A stretch of 42,791 nucleotides of DNA, from the IMG/VR virus record IMGVR_UViG_3300048904_000146, positions 1-42,791 of that record. One strand, written 5' to 3'. Source of the DNA: a virus. Position 1 is the first letter of the stretch, and every line of letters begins with the position of its first letter. The notes under the pieces were generated by a model. The model saw nothing but the letters and a program-made list of their open reading frames with translations. It searched no databases and was not told where the DNA came from. A program made the translations under genes and the position numbers. Positions 29,643 through 39,974 of this stretch are shown here, one piece after another.

Positions 29643-30261
29643 CCGCACCGAAGTCATCAACCGGGCGCTGATCAAGATCGGGGCCAACACGATCGCCTCT
29701 CCCGACGAGCAGAGCGAGCAGGCGCGCAAGGCTGCGCTGGTGTTTCCGACGGTCGCGAAGAGCGAGCTTCGGGGCCAGGCATGGAACTTCGCCCGCAAGC
29801 GCGCCACGCTCGCGCCCCTGGCCGACACGTCCGCCGGCGGGCAGGAGTTCTCGTCGGCGTTCAACCTACCCACCGACTGTCTGCGGCTGATCTCGCTCAA
29901 CGGCAACTGGGTGTTCTCGTCGATACGCGAAGGCAATGAAGGGCTGTCGCCCGCCTATGCGATCGAGGGCCGCACGCTTCTCACCGGCTCGCCCCGGCGC
30001 AGCAGCGACACCGCCGCGTACATCGCCTATGTCTCGGATCTCAGCGAGCAGGTGTCGCTATGGGATGCGACCTTCGTAGAGGCGTTCGCGTGCCGCTTGG
30101 CCGGCGAGCTGGTGCAGTCGATCGCCAAGAACATGACGCTCAAGCAGTCGCTCAAGCAGGACTATATCGCGGCGCTGCGCGAGGCGAAACGCACCAACGC
30201 TATCGAGCTGCCGCCGCAGACCCTCCCCGACGGCAGTTGGGTGCTGGCGCGCAACACCTGA
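29635..30261 (+). CDS. Tail tubular protein A / adaptor, T7 gp11-like
   Basis: INRALIKIGANTIASPDEQSEQARKAALVFPTVAKSELRGQAWNFA parallels T7 gp11 [46 protein letters not shown]. Confidence 0.8.
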   Translation: MSNRTEVINRALIKIGANTIASPDEQSEQARKAALVFPTVAKSELRGQAWNFARKRATLAPLADTSAGGQEFSSAFNLPTDCLRLISLNGNWVFSSIREGNEGLSPAYAIEGRTLLTGSPRRSSDTAAYIAYVSDLSEQVSLWDATFVEAFACRLAGELVQSIAKNMTLKQSLKQDYIAALREAKRTNAIELPPQTLPDGSWVLARNT

Positions 30262-30274
30262 AGCCGGAGGCCCG

Positions 30275-32545
30275 ATGTCCCGTTTCGCCCCCATCTGGAA
30301 CGCCTTCAACGCCGGCGAGCTGTCGCCGCTGATCGACGGGCGCACCGATCAGGAGAAATACTTCTCGGGCTGCAAGAAGCTCTGCAACTTCATCCCGACC
30401 GTGCAGGGTCCGGCGACGCGGCGCGGCGGCACGCGCTTCCTCGGCTCGACCAAGCTGTCGCGCCGGGCGTGGTTCACGACCTTCGAGTTCAACCAGGCGC
30501 AGAGCTATGTGCTTGAACTCACCGACGGCGCGATGCGCTTTTGGGTGAACCGCGGGCAGCTGCTCAGCGGCGGATCGCCTTACGAGATCGCGACGCCGTG
30601 GAGCGCCGCCGACCTGATCACCGAGGAAGGCACCTTCGCGCTGCGCTCCGTGCAGTCGGCCGACATCATGTGGATCTGCCACGGCTCGGGCGCGCGGCCG
30701 CCGCAGAAGCTATCGCGGCTCGGCGCCACCAACTGGACCCTGGCGCCCGCGCCGTTCGACAACGGCCCGTTCCAGGACGTCGACCCCGACAGCCCCGTCA
30801 CCGTCACGACGAGCGGCGTGGCCGGAACTATCACGATCACCGCCTCGGCGCCGATCTTCAGCGCCGACGACATCGGCACCTCCTTCTACATGGAGCAGGT
30901 CGACGGCACCGGCATCCGCACCTGGGGTGCCAACAAGGTGAACACTGTCGGCGACGTGCGCCGCTACGAGGGCAACTATTACCGCGCCACGGCGAATGGC
31001 GGCGGCACGAACCCGGCCACCGGCAACAGCCCGCCGGTCCACACCGACGGGCGCTATTGGGACGGCGACGGCTACACCGACGCGCCCAACGACGATCTCG
31101 GCAGGCTCGGCGTCGAGTGGCTCTACCTGCACTCGGGCTATGGGTGGGCCAAGATCACCGCGGTCGGCGGCGGGGGAACAACGGCCACGGCCACGGTCGT
31201 CAACGCCAACGGCATCGTCGAGCTGCCGCAGGTGATTTCCACCGACGGCACGAATCGGTGGGCCAAATCCGCGTTCAGCGCGGCACGCGGCTGGCCGACC
31301 AGCGTCGGCTTCTTCCGCGAGCGCCTGGTCTACGCGCGCGACCGCGAGCTGTTCATGTCGGTGGTTGGCGACTTCGACAATTTCACCAGCAAGGACGGGC
31401 CCGACATCACCAAGGAGACGGCGATCAAGCTCAAGATCGCCAGCGACCGGCTCGACCTGATCCGCTGGATCATGCCGAGCGCCGCGCTCCTTGTCGGCAC
31501 CGCGCGCAACGAGTTGTCGGTGCAGGAGCAGACGCCGCAGCAGGTGTTCGCCGCCGACAACGCGATCTCCGTGCCGCAGACCGAATACGGCTCCCGGCTG
31601 CTGGAGCCGATCCGCGTCGGCAACGCGGTGCTCTTCATCCAGCGCGCGGGGCGCAAGCTGCGCGAGATGATCTACGACTATGCCAGCGATCGCTACAAGG
31701 CCGACGACCTGACGGTCCTGTCCGAGCACGTCGTCGACGCCGGCGTGGTCGACATGGATTTCCAGCAGGAGCCCGACAACATCGTCTGGTGCGTGCTCAC
31801 CGACGGCACCATGGCGGCGCTCACCTACAACCGCGAGCGCGGCGTGATCGCGTGGGTGCCGCACGTCATCGGCGGGCCGGGCGCTTTCGTCGAGACAGTT
31901 GCGTCGATCTCCTCGCCCGACGGCCGCCGCGACGACGTGTGGATGGTCGTGCGCCGCACGATCAACGGCAACACCGTCCGCTACGTCGAGGTCATCGAAG
32001 ACCACCGCCTGGTCGAGACGAGCACAAGCGATGCCTTTTATGGCGACGGCGGGATCACCTATGACGGCTCCCCGACCAAGGTGATCACCGGGCTCGGCTA
32101 TCTTGAGGGCGCCACCGTGCAGATCCTCGCCGACGGCAGCGCGCATGCGCCCCTCACCGTCAGCGGCGGACAGATCACGCTAAACCGTTTTGCCTCCAAG
32201 GTGCAGATCGGGTTCGACAGTCCGGCGCAGCTGCAGACGATGCGCGCGGACGGCGGCGCGCAGGACGGCACCGCGCAGACCAGGGCGAAGTCGATCGCCG
32301 AGGTGTACCCGCGCCTGCTCAACACGATCGGCGGGCTGATCGGCCCGGCCTTCAACCGGCTGGACCCGATCCCGCAGCTGCGCCCCGACAACCCGGTGGG
32401 CACGCGACCAGAGCTGTTCAGCGGTGACCGCAAGATCGAGTTCCCCGCGACCTACGACACCGACGGCTATATCTGCCTGCAGTCTTCGCCTATGCTGCCG
32501 CTGACGATCGTATCGATTACGGCACGGATGGAAGTGAATGATTGA
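30275..32545 (+). CDS. Tail tubular protein B (nozzle), T7 gp12-like
   Basis: 756 aa; N-terminus FNAGELSPLIDGRTDQEKY...N.....G....RRGGT resembles gp12 GGISQQPDILRYPDQG...; position after the gp11-like gene; SD GGAGG. Confidence 0.75.
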   Translation: MSRFAPIWNAFNAGELSPLIDGRTDQEKYFSGCKKLCNFIPTVQGPATRRGGTRFLGSTKLSRRAWFTTFEFNQAQSYVLELTDGAMRFWVNRGQLLSGGSPYEIATPWSAADLITEEGTFALRSVQSADIMWICHGSGARPPQKLSRLGATNWTLAPAPFDNGPFQDVDPDSPVTVTTSGVAGTITITASAPIFSADDIGTSFYMEQVDGTGIRTWGANKVNTVGDVRRYEGNYYRATANGGGTNPATGNSPPVHTDGRYWDGDGYTDAPNDDLGRLGVEWLYLHSGYGWAKITAVGGGGTTATATVVNANGIVELPQVISTDGTNRWAKSAFSAARGWPTSVGFFRERLVYARDRELFMSVVGDFDNFTSKDGPDITKETAIKLKIASDRLDLIRWIMPSAALLVGTARNELSVQEQTPQQVFAADNAISVPQTEYGSRLLEPIRVGNAVLFIQRAGRKLREMIYDYASDRYKADDLTVLSEHVVDAGVVDMDFQQEPDNIVWCVLTDGTMAALTYNRERGVIAWVPHVIGGPGAFVETVASISSPDGRRDDVWMVVRRTINGNTVRYVEVIEDHRLVETSTSDAFYGDGGITYDGSPTKVITGLGYLEGATVQILADGSAHAPLTVSGGQITLNRFASKVQIGFDSPAQLQTMRADGGAQDGTAQTRAKSIAEVYPRLLNTIGGLIGPAFNRLDPIPQLRPDNPVGTRPELFSGDRKIEFPATYDTDGYICLQSSPMLPLTIVSITARMEVND

Positions 32546-32960
32546 CGTAATCCCTGCTCGGCCGTGGATGGCAGAGCGGCTACAGCTCCAATCGGCGCAG
32601 CGCCTGGCGGGCGCGATGATGACCCCCGCCGCGATCGAAAGCGCTATGGCCGGAGGTATGGCGCTGGCCGCCGTGGAAGGCGATCAGATATTCTGCATCG
32701 CGGGGATCTACGAGATATGGGACGGTCGCGGGCTGGCATGGGCGCTGCTCTCGCACGACAGCGGCAAGCATATGACCGCGCTCCACCGCGTCACCAAGCG
32801 GGCTCTCGACGTGACCGCCTTTCGTCGTGTAGAAGCGGACGTCTTGAACTCGCATAGCGAAGGGCATCGGTGGATGCAGCTGCTTGGCTTCCAACACGAA
32901 GGGGTGCGGCGCGCGTACTGGCAGGGCCAGGACTACGCGCTGTACGCGCGGGTGCGCTGA
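32538..32960 (+). CDS. GNAT-fold acetyltransferase-like protein (140 aa)
   Basis: C-half FRRVEADVLNSHSEGHRWMQLLGFQHEGVRRAYWQGQDYALYARV resembles the R.E..V...N..a......lGF..EG..r pattern of GNAT enzymes. Confidence 0.55.
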   Translation: MIDVIPARPWMAERLQLQSAQRLAGAMMTPAAIESAMAGGMALAAVEGDQIFCIAGIYEIWDGRGLAWALLSHDSGKHMTALHRVTKRALDVTAFRRVEADVLNSHSEGHRWMQLLGFQHEGVRRAYWQGQDYALYARVR

Positions 32961-33490
32961 TGGCGTTCATCGCTCCTGCCTTGGCCGCGCTGGGCACCGC
33001 GGTGGGTGCTTCGGGCGCGGCGGCCACCGCCGTCGGCGCAACCGTCGCATCGACCGGCGTTGCGGTGCTCGGCACCGCCGCCTCGTCGCTCGCCGCCTCG
33101 AACGCCGCCGACTTCCAGGCCAAGCTCGCGCAGCAACAGGCGCAGCAGGCGACCGATCAGGCGTCGGTGCGCGCCGGTGAGGTTGCCCGGGAGAGCCGCC
33201 AGCGCATGGCCGCCGCGCGCGCTGGCGCGATCCAGAACGGGTTCGAGCTTACCGGTTCGATGAACGATCTGCTCGACCAGACGTCGCGGCAGGGCCAGCT
33301 CGATTACCTGACGGCGGTCTATGACGGGTCCGTGCAGGCGACCGGGCTCAACGCCACCGCCACCAACTATCGCCGCCAGAGCAGCAGCGCATTGATCGGC
33401 GGCGCGCTCGGCGCCGGATCGCAGGCGCTCGGCGGGCTCGCGCAGGTCTACCGGCAGAAGGGCTCCTCCATCAGCGTGAGCGGAACCTAA
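32960..33490 (+). CDS. Internal virion protein (gp14-position; 176 aa) with Ala/Gly-rich hydrophobic N-terminus
   Basis: TGATG junction; MAFIAPALAALGTAVGASGAAATAVGATVAS...; coiled Gln/Ala-rich middle. Confidence 0.6.
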   Translation: MAFIAPALAALGTAVGASGAAATAVGATVASTGVAVLGTAASSLAASNAADFQAKLAQQQAQQATDQASVRAGEVARESRQRMAAARAGAIQNGFELTGSMNDLLDQTSRQGQLDYLTAVYDGSVQATGLNATATNYRRQSSSALIGGALGAGSQALGGLAQVYRQKGSSISVSGT

Positions 33491-36027
33491 TGGCGCAGCT
33501 TCCCACGATTGCCTCGACGGCCAACCGCCGGCTCCTGCCCACCGCCGATCTGCGCGTCGAGGGCGCGACGCCCGCGGCGTTCGGCGCCGCAGTTGGCGCG
33601 GGGCTCCAGCAGCTCGGCGAAGCGGGGCAGGGCGCGGGCGCCGCGCTCCAGCAGTTCCAGCAGGCCAAGCAGCAGGAACTCGACCGCCTGGCCGAGTTTG
33701 ACCGGCAGACGCAGTTCGTCAACTTCGGCTCGGATCAGTCGACCAAGCTCGAGGAAGCGGCGCGCGGCGTGTCAGGCCCGGCGGTCGATTTCACCAAGAG
33801 CCGGATGGAGCAGTTCGACACCGACGCGCAGCAGTTCCTCGCCAACGTACCGGAGCGCAACCGGCACGAGTGGCAGGCGCGCATGGCGCAGCTGCGCTCC
33901 GGCGTGGCGGGCGCGGCGCTCAAGACCGAGTTCGCGCAGCGCGACAGCTACTACAAGACGACCACCGGCGACGCGCTCGGCAAGCTGCTCAACGGCGCAA
34001 TGTCGTCGCCCGACAAGCTCGACGCATGGAAGGCGCAGGGCGAGGAGATCATCAACACCTCGGGCCTGTCGCCGCAGGACAAGTTCGAGTACCTGACGCG
34101 GTGGAAGGGCCAGATCGGCGTGGCCGCTGCGCAAGGCGACCTGCAGCGCGATCCCGAAGGTGCGCTCGCGCGGCTCGGTGGGATCGGCACCGAGATCGTC
34201 CAGGTCACCACCGGCGGCGCGAGCAGCGCGCAGCCGACCGGCAACTTCGCCAAGATGGTCGGCATCACCCTGTCGAGCGAGAGCGGCGGCAAACGGTACG
34301 GCCCGGGCGGCGGGCTGCTGACGTCGAGCGCCGGCGCCAAGGGCGAGATGCAGGTGCTCGACCGCACCAACGCCGACCCCGGCTTCGGCGTCAAGCCCGC
34401 CAAAGACAACAGCCCCGAAGAGCGTGCGCGCGTCGGGCGCGAGTACCTGGCCGCCATGCTCAAGCGCTACGACGGCGACGCGGCCAAGGCGTGGGCGGCG
34501 TACAATGGCGGCCCCGGCCGCGTCGACGATGCGGTCAAGGCGCGCGGCGCGAACTGGTTGTCGGCCATGCCGGGCGAGACGCAGAGCTATGTCGCCAAGA
34601 ACGTGCGGCAGCTGGGCGTCGCCGCCGGTAGCGCCGGGCCTGACGGCACCTTCGAGGCGCGGCCCAAGGGCGACGGCTCGGTCGACCCGCGCTATGCCGA
34701 TATCCCGATCGACGCGCGGATCCAGCTGATTGGCGCGGCCGAGCGCGAGATCGCGCAGCGCGATCGTCAGGAGCAGGCCGCGCAGCAGCAGGCGCACGAC
34801 CAGTGGCTGAACCAGTTCATGGTCGACCTGAACGACGGCAAGGCCGGCGCGGCCGATATCGAGGCGGCGCGCAAGTCAGGGCACCTCACCGACTTCGACG
34901 AGATCAACCGCGCGCAGAATATCGTCGAGGCCCGCCAGAAGGCGAACGTCGACATCAACACCTACAACACCCTGGTCGCCACGCCGGGCTTCGCGTGGAA
35001 CCCCTACGACGACCGGCAGCGCAAGGCCGTCGACGCCGCGGTCGCCGCGCAGGGCGGCACGCCGCAGGCGGCGTTCGATGTCTGGCAGCGCACCGGCATT
35101 CTCGGCAAGGCCGGCGGCGTGGCGCTGCGCGGCTCGATGATCTCGACCGATCCGAATCAGGTGAGCGCCGGCGCGTCGATCGCGTCGAACATGCTGGCGC
35201 GCAACCCCAACGCCTTCGCGGGCGTCGAGGGCGGCGAGGAGATCGAGCGCAACGCCCTGCTCTACGGCCACTATGTCAACGACCTCGGCTATAGCCCGCA
35301 GGATGCCGCCGCGCGCGTCGCGCAGCAGAACTCGCCGGAGATGCGCCGCAAGATCCAGATGGGCCAGCCCGAGGTGGCCGCCTTCCGCAAGGAGGTGCAG
35401 AAGACCAATGTGCAGAGCGTGCTTGGCCGCGCGCTCGACACGACATGGTTCGACGGCCGCCCGACCTTCGCGGGGCCGGAGCAGCGGCAGGCCGCGGCGC
35501 AGGACTATGCCGACCTGGCCGCCGACCACTTCCAGCGTTACGGCGACAGCAGCGCGGCGCAGGCGTTCGCGCTGGCGCAGATGAAGCGGCTCTATGGCGT
35601 GGTGAACGGGCAGCTGATGAAGTACCCGCCGACTCGTGCCTATCCTGCCATCGCAGGCTCGCAGAGCTATATCTTCGAGCAAGCAGCGGCAGATATCAAA
35701 AGCGTTACCGGCCGCACGGTCGATCCGAAGAACGTGTATCTTTTGCCAGTGCCGACCGCCACCGCCGAAGCGTTCCGCGCCGGCAAGGCGCCGCCCTACG
35801 AGGTCCACTATATCGACCAGGTGGGCGGGCAGAATGTCTATCGGGTGCTGAACGGTCAGGCATTCTACGCCGATCCCAACGCCGCGGCGCGCGCCGCGGG
35901 CACGCAGCGCAAGGCGCAGCTCCAGCGCGAGCGCCAAGATTATCTTGCGCGCGAGCAGTTCGGCCGCGATGCTACGACGGCGCGCTTCGGCATGCTGCCC
36001 GGCGTCACCGCACCCGCGAGGAAATAA
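33490..36027 (+). CDS. Internal virion protein with lytic transglycosylase (SLT) domain
   Basis: ITLSSESGGKRY...SSAGAKGEMQV...AWAAYNGGPGRV (catalytic ES, GxMQ, AYNxG motifs); 845 aa. Confidence 0.85.
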   Translation: MAQLPTIASTANRRLLPTADLRVEGATPAAFGAAVGAGLQQLGEAGQGAGAALQQFQQAKQQELDRLAEFDRQTQFVNFGSDQSTKLEEAARGVSGPAVDFTKSRMEQFDTDAQQFLANVPERNRHEWQARMAQLRSGVAGAALKTEFAQRDSYYKTTTGDALGKLLNGAMSSPDKLDAWKAQGEEIINTSGLSPQDKFEYLTRWKGQIGVAAAQGDLQRDPEGALARLGGIGTEIVQVTTGGASSAQPTGNFAKMVGITLSSESGGKRYGPGGGLLTSSAGAKGEMQVLDRTNADPGFGVKPAKDNSPEERARVGREYLAAMLKRYDGDAAKAWAAYNGGPGRVDDAVKARGANWLSAMPGETQSYVAKNVRQLGVAAGSAGPDGTFEARPKGDGSVDPRYADIPIDARIQLIGAAEREIAQRDRQEQAAQQQAHDQWLNQFMVDLNDGKAGAADIEAARKSGHLTDFDEINRAQNIVEARQKANVDINTYNTLVATPGFAWNPYDDRQRKAVDAAVAAQGGTPQAAFDVWQRTGILGKAGGVALRGSMISTDPNQVSAGASIASNMLARNPNAFAGVEGGEEIERNALLYGHYVNDLGYSPQDAAARVAQQNSPEMRRKIQMGQPEVAAFRKEVQKTNVQSVLGRALDTTWFDGRPTFAGPEQRQAAAQDYADLAADHFQRYGDSSAAQAFALAQMKRLYGVVNGQLMKYPPTRAYPAIAGSQSYIFEQAAADIKSVTGRTVDPKNVYLLPVPTATAEAFRAGKAPPYEVHYIDQVGGQNVYRVLNGQAFYADPNAAARAAGTQRKAQLQRERQDYLAREQFGRDATTARFGMLPGVTAPARK

Positions 36028-39000
36028 TGGCGCTCCGCCCGATCAGCACCGTCCGCCCTGCGCTCACCACGCCGATCGGGATGAACCCGCTTCCCGAGGA
36101 AGAGACGGCCAAGGCAGGCCCGTCGCCCGGCATCCTCGACGTCATCGGCGCTGCCTTTCGCAGCGAGAACACCGTCGGCTCTTTCCTGACGCGCGAGATC
36201 AACGGCTGGGGCATTGGCAACGAGGTGGACCCCAACTACAGCGCGTGGAACGAGATCAAGGGCACGCCCTACGAGGAGCACTGGTCGAGCTTCGCGAACT
36301 CGAACAACAGCCGGTACACGCAGTTCCTCAAGACGCAGATCGACCGCGAGAACGACGACCGCCGCACGCTGGCGGCCGGCGGCCTGGGTGGCACGATCGC
36401 GGGCATGGCCGCTGGGATCGTCGATCCTACGTTGCTGATCCCGGTCGGGGGCGAGGTGGCGCTGGCAGGCAAGGGCGTATGGAAGCTCGGGCGCGGCGCG
36501 CTCGCGGGCGCGCGGGCCGGCGGTATCGGCGTGGCCGTGCAGGAAGGGCTACTGCAGTCGACGCAGGAGACGCGCACCGCCGAGGAAAGCGCGCTCAACA
36601 TCGGCGGCGGCATCGTGCTCGGCGGGCTGCTCGGTGGCGGCGCCGCGGCGCTGCTATCGCGGCCGGAGCAACTGGCCGCCCAAGACGCGCTAGAGCGCCT
36701 GCACACCGCCGTCACGGCGCCGGGCAGCGCGGGCGCGGCGGCCACCGAGCGCGTGCCGCTGTCCGATCTGACGGTGGCCGGCAGCGTCACCGAGCGCGTG
36801 GCGGCCGCGACGCGGCAGATCGGGCCGAACCTGCGCGCCAACTTCCGCACGTCGCCGGCGGCGCGGCAGTTCAGCCAGGAGCTTGCCGAGAACACGCTGT
36901 ACCAGAACATGCACGGCGAAGGGCGCACGCTCGGCGCTGCTGTGGAGACGGAGGTGCGGTCGGTCTTCCATTCGCGCTTGGCCGATGCGGTGCAGGCGGG
37001 CGACGACATTTTCAGCGAGATGAAGAAGAGCGGCCTCAACATGAGCCGCAGCGACTTCGAGGAAGCGGTCGGGCGGGCCATGCGCCGCGGCGACGCGGGC
37101 GAGAACGACTTCGTGTCCCGCGCGGCCAAGGCGTGGCGCGAGCGCGTCTTCGAGCCCTTCAAGAACGAAGCGATCGACATGGGCCTGTTGCCGTCCGACG
37201 TCAGTGTCGACACGGCAGAGAGCTACTTCAGCCGCGTGTGGAACAAGGACGCGCTCACCGCGCAAGAGCAGGCCTTCAAGGACAAGGTATCCGACTATTA
37301 CAGCGGGCGGATCGCCGACGATTATGCGCAGAGCGCGCAGTCGTTTCGCGAGCGCACCGCGGCGCTCGACCAGGAGATCGCCGATTTGCGCATGCCGCCG
37401 GATCAGCGGGTGCAGACGCTCAAGCAGCTGGAGGATCAAGGCACGGCGCTCGACGCCGCCAACGCCGACGCGATCGACCAGGTGTCGCGGATCAACGAGC
37501 TGCGGCAGCAGGCACGCGCTGCGCGGGACGCAGGCGACGTGCGCGGCGAGAAGGCGGCGCGCGACGAGATCGCCAAGATCCAGGCGGCCGGGGGCACCAA
37601 GCTGGCCGACTATCTGAAGCAGCGCGGCAAGCTGCGCGCCCGCGCGCGCCGCGTCGACATGAACTACGCCGGGTTGACCGACCGGGCCGACGTGATCCAG
37701 CAGTCGCTCGACAATCTGCAGCAGGCGAATATCCGCGGCGTGCAACGCCTTGTCGGCCGCGGCCGCACGCTGGAACGCGAGGCGCAGCGGCTCGACCCGG
37801 AGAAGCTGCAGCAGAAGATTAGCGACTTGCGCACCAGCTTCTACGATATGGTGACGCGCTCCGAGAAGACGCAGGAGAAGCTCGCCGCCCGGCTGCAAAA
37901 GTTGGAGGGTCTGCCGGCCGACCAGCAAGCGGCGCTGGAAAAGGCGCTCGCCACCGAAGCGGCGCGGCACGAGAAGCTCAACAGCATCTCGGCCCGGCTC
38001 GAAGCGGCCGAGGCGCTCGACCCACACGCCAGCTTGGCCGAAGTGCGCGCATCGATCGACGAGATGGTGCAGCAGGTGTCCGAGGTCGCGATGGCGCGCG
38101 GCGAGAAGGCGGCACGGCTGCAGGCCCGCCTCGCCCGGCTGGACCCGAAGAAGATCGACGAGCGGATCAAGACGATCGAGCAGACCAAGAAGGATCTGGA
38201 GCGCGGCTTCTATGATCGCTACGAGATCCAGCGGCTCGGCCAGGGCGTCGATCCGCATGCGCCCGACGTGCGGCCCGACTTCAATGCGTCCGCGCGCGAC
38301 ATTGCCGACGAGGTGTTCGACAAGCTCACCGGCCGCGCCACCACGTCGTCGGCATCCACGCTGCCGGAGTATCTCACGCCGATCACGCGCGGCCCGCTCA
38401 AGGACCGGACATTCAATATCCCCGACCAGCTGGTCGAAGAGTTCCTCGACAGCAACGTGCGCAGCGTCGGCGAGCGCTATGGCCGCACCATGGCGAGCGA
38501 GATCGAGCTGACGCGCCGCTTTGGCCGCGCGGATATGCGCGATCAGATCCAGACCATCCGCGACGAATACCGCCAGCTGCGCGAAGGCGTGACCGATCCG
38601 GCACAGCTCAAGGCCCTGGCCGCCGACGAGAAGGGCGCGATCACCGATCTGGAGAGCATGCGCGATCTGATCCGCGGCACCTACAAGGCCGGCGAGAACG
38701 CGTCGAACTATGGGCGCACCGTCCGCGCGCTGATGGCGTTCAACTATCTGCGCACCATGGGCGGCGCGGTGATCGCCAACGTCTCGGAAATCTATCGGCC
38801 GGCCATGGTGCATGGGCTCGGTCGGTTCATGAACGAGGGCATCGCGCCGCTGCTCACCAACCTGTCGGCGGTCAAGCTGTCGGTGAAGGAAGCCAAGCTC
38901 GCCGGCCAGGTGGTCGAGCGTGTGCTGCAGCACCGCATGATGTCGCTCGGTGAGATCGGCGACCCGTACCGCTCGGGCACCGCTGTCGAGAAGTGGCTGA

Positions 39001-39962
39001 CGAACGCTTCGCGCCTGGCGTCGAAGTGGAACGGCTTGGTCTACTGGACCGATGGGATGAAGGCGATCTCCTCGGTCCTGTCGCAGAATCGGATCGTCGA
39101 GGCGGCGCTGTCCGCTGGCGAAAAGGACACGCGCCTGCTCGCCTATCTCGGTATCGACGGCGATATGTCGCGGCGCATAGCAACACAGTTCAGCGAGCAC
39201 GGCGACACGCTCGACGGCGTGAGAGTGGCGAACACCCAAGCATGGACAGACCCGCAGGCGGTGCGCGCTTACCGCGCGGCCGTGTCGAAAGACGTCGACA
39301 GCATCATCGTCACCAAGAGCGTGGGCGACGTGCCGCTGTTCGCGAACACGCCGACCGGCCGGCTGATCCTGCAGTTCCGCAACTACACCTTCGCGGCGCA
39401 TCAGAGGATCACCCTGCGGGCGATGCAGGAGGATAAGGCGCAGTTCCTTTCGGGCATGATCGGCATGGCGGCGCTCGGCATGGTCGGCGCGGCGCTGCGC
39501 TCCTGGCGCGGCGGCGCCGATCGGTTCGAGAAGTTCAAGGAGAGCGCCAGCAACCCCGGCTTCCTGATCGGTGAGGGGCTCGATCTGTCGGGCATGTTCG
39601 CGCTGCCGGTGGAGCTCGGCAACACTGTCGAGAAGCTGACGCAGCCCACCGGCTTCGGCTTCAACCCAGTCAAGTCGCCCATGCTGGCCGCAGGGACAAT
39701 GGTGGCGCCCAACGCGTCCATGCAAGGACAGAGCACGCGCTTCGCGTCTCGCGACCCCCTGGGCGCCATCCTCGGGCCCACGGCGGCGCTGCCTGCGTCG
39801 GTCGCCAAGGCTGCGGGCGCGCCGGCGAATTATTTGACGGGCGGCGAGGTGGCGGGGAGCCAAGCCAACGCCGCGGCCAGCCTGATCCCGTTTGGGTCTT
39901 ACCTCGGAATGAGAGAAGCGCTACAAGTCGCAACGGGCGATAGCCCGTACACGGACAGATAA
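36027..39962 (+). CDS. Large internal virion / DNA-ejection protein (gp16-position; 1311 aa)
   Basis: TAATG junction at 36025-36029; long coiled-coil region with internal repeats (RLDPEKLQQKISDL / RLDPKKIDERIKTI); C-terminal hydrophobic segments; upstream part of the 35445 ORF is overlapped by the previous gene. Confidence 0.8.
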   Translation: MALRPISTVRPALTTPIGMNPLPEEETAKAGPSPGILDVIGAAFRSENTVGSFLTREINGWGIGNEVDPNYSAWNEIKGTPYEEHWSSFANSNNSRYTQFLKTQIDRENDDRRTLAAGGLGGTIAGMAAGIVDPTLLIPVGGEVALAGKGVWKLGRGALAGARAGGIGVAVQEGLLQSTQETRTAEESALNIGGGIVLGGLLGGGAAALLSRPEQLAAQDALERLHTAVTAPGSAGAAATERVPLSDLTVAGSVTERVAAATRQIGPNLRANFRTSPAARQFSQELAENTLYQNMHGEGRTLGAAVETEVRSVFHSRLADAVQAGDDIFSEMKKSGLNMSRSDFEEAVGRAMRRGDAGENDFVSRAAKAWRERVFEPFKNEAIDMGLLPSDVSVDTAESYFSRVWNKDALTAQEQAFKDKVSDYYSGRIADDYAQSAQSFRERTAALDQEIADLRMPPDQRVQTLKQLEDQGTALDAANADAIDQVSRINELRQQARAARDAGDVRGEKAARDEIAKIQAAGGTKLADYLKQRGKLRARARRVDMNYAGLTDRADVIQQSLDNLQQANIRGVQRLVGRGRTLEREAQRLDPEKLQQKISDLRTSFYDMVTRSEKTQEKLAARLQKLEGLPADQQAALEKALATEAARHEKLNSISARLEAAEALDPHASLAEVRASIDEMVQQVSEVAMARGEKAARLQARLARLDPKKIDERIKTIEQTKKDLERGFYDRYEIQRLGQGVDPHAPDVRPDFNASARDIADEVFDKLTGRATTSSASTLPEYLTPITRGPLKDRTFNIPDQLVEEFLDSNVRSVGERYGRTMASEIELTRRFGRADMRDQIQTIRDEYRQLREGVTDPAQLKALAADEKGAITDLESMRDLIRGTYKAGENASNYGRTVRALMAFNYLRTMGGAVIANVSEIYRPAMVHGLGRFMNEGIAPLLTNLSAVKLSVKEAKLAGQVVERVLQHRMMSLGEIGDPYRSGTAVEKWLTNASRLASKWNGLVYWTDGMKAISSVLSQNRIVEAALSAGEKDTRLLAYLGIDGDMSRRIATQFSEHGDTLDGVRVANTQAWTDPQAVRAYRAAVSKDVDSIIVTKSVGDVPLFANTPTGRLILQFRNYTFAAHQRITLRAMQEDKAQFLSGMIGMAALGMVGAALRSWRGGADRFEKFKESASNPGFLIGEGLDLSGMFALPVELGNTVEKLTQPTGFGFNPVKSPMLAAGTMVAPNASMQGQSTRFASRDPLGAILGPTAALPASVAKAAGAPANYLTGGEVAGSQANAAASLIPFGSYLGMREALQVATGDSPYTDR

Positions 39963-39974
39963 GGGGCTACGAGC

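Noticed and set aside
36690-39863. 1057-aa ORF on the minus strand opposite the 1311-aa ejection protein gene
   Set aside because: Same reasoning: an antisense shadow of a long GC-rich gene, with no SD, no motifs and Arg/Ala/Gly-rich composition.
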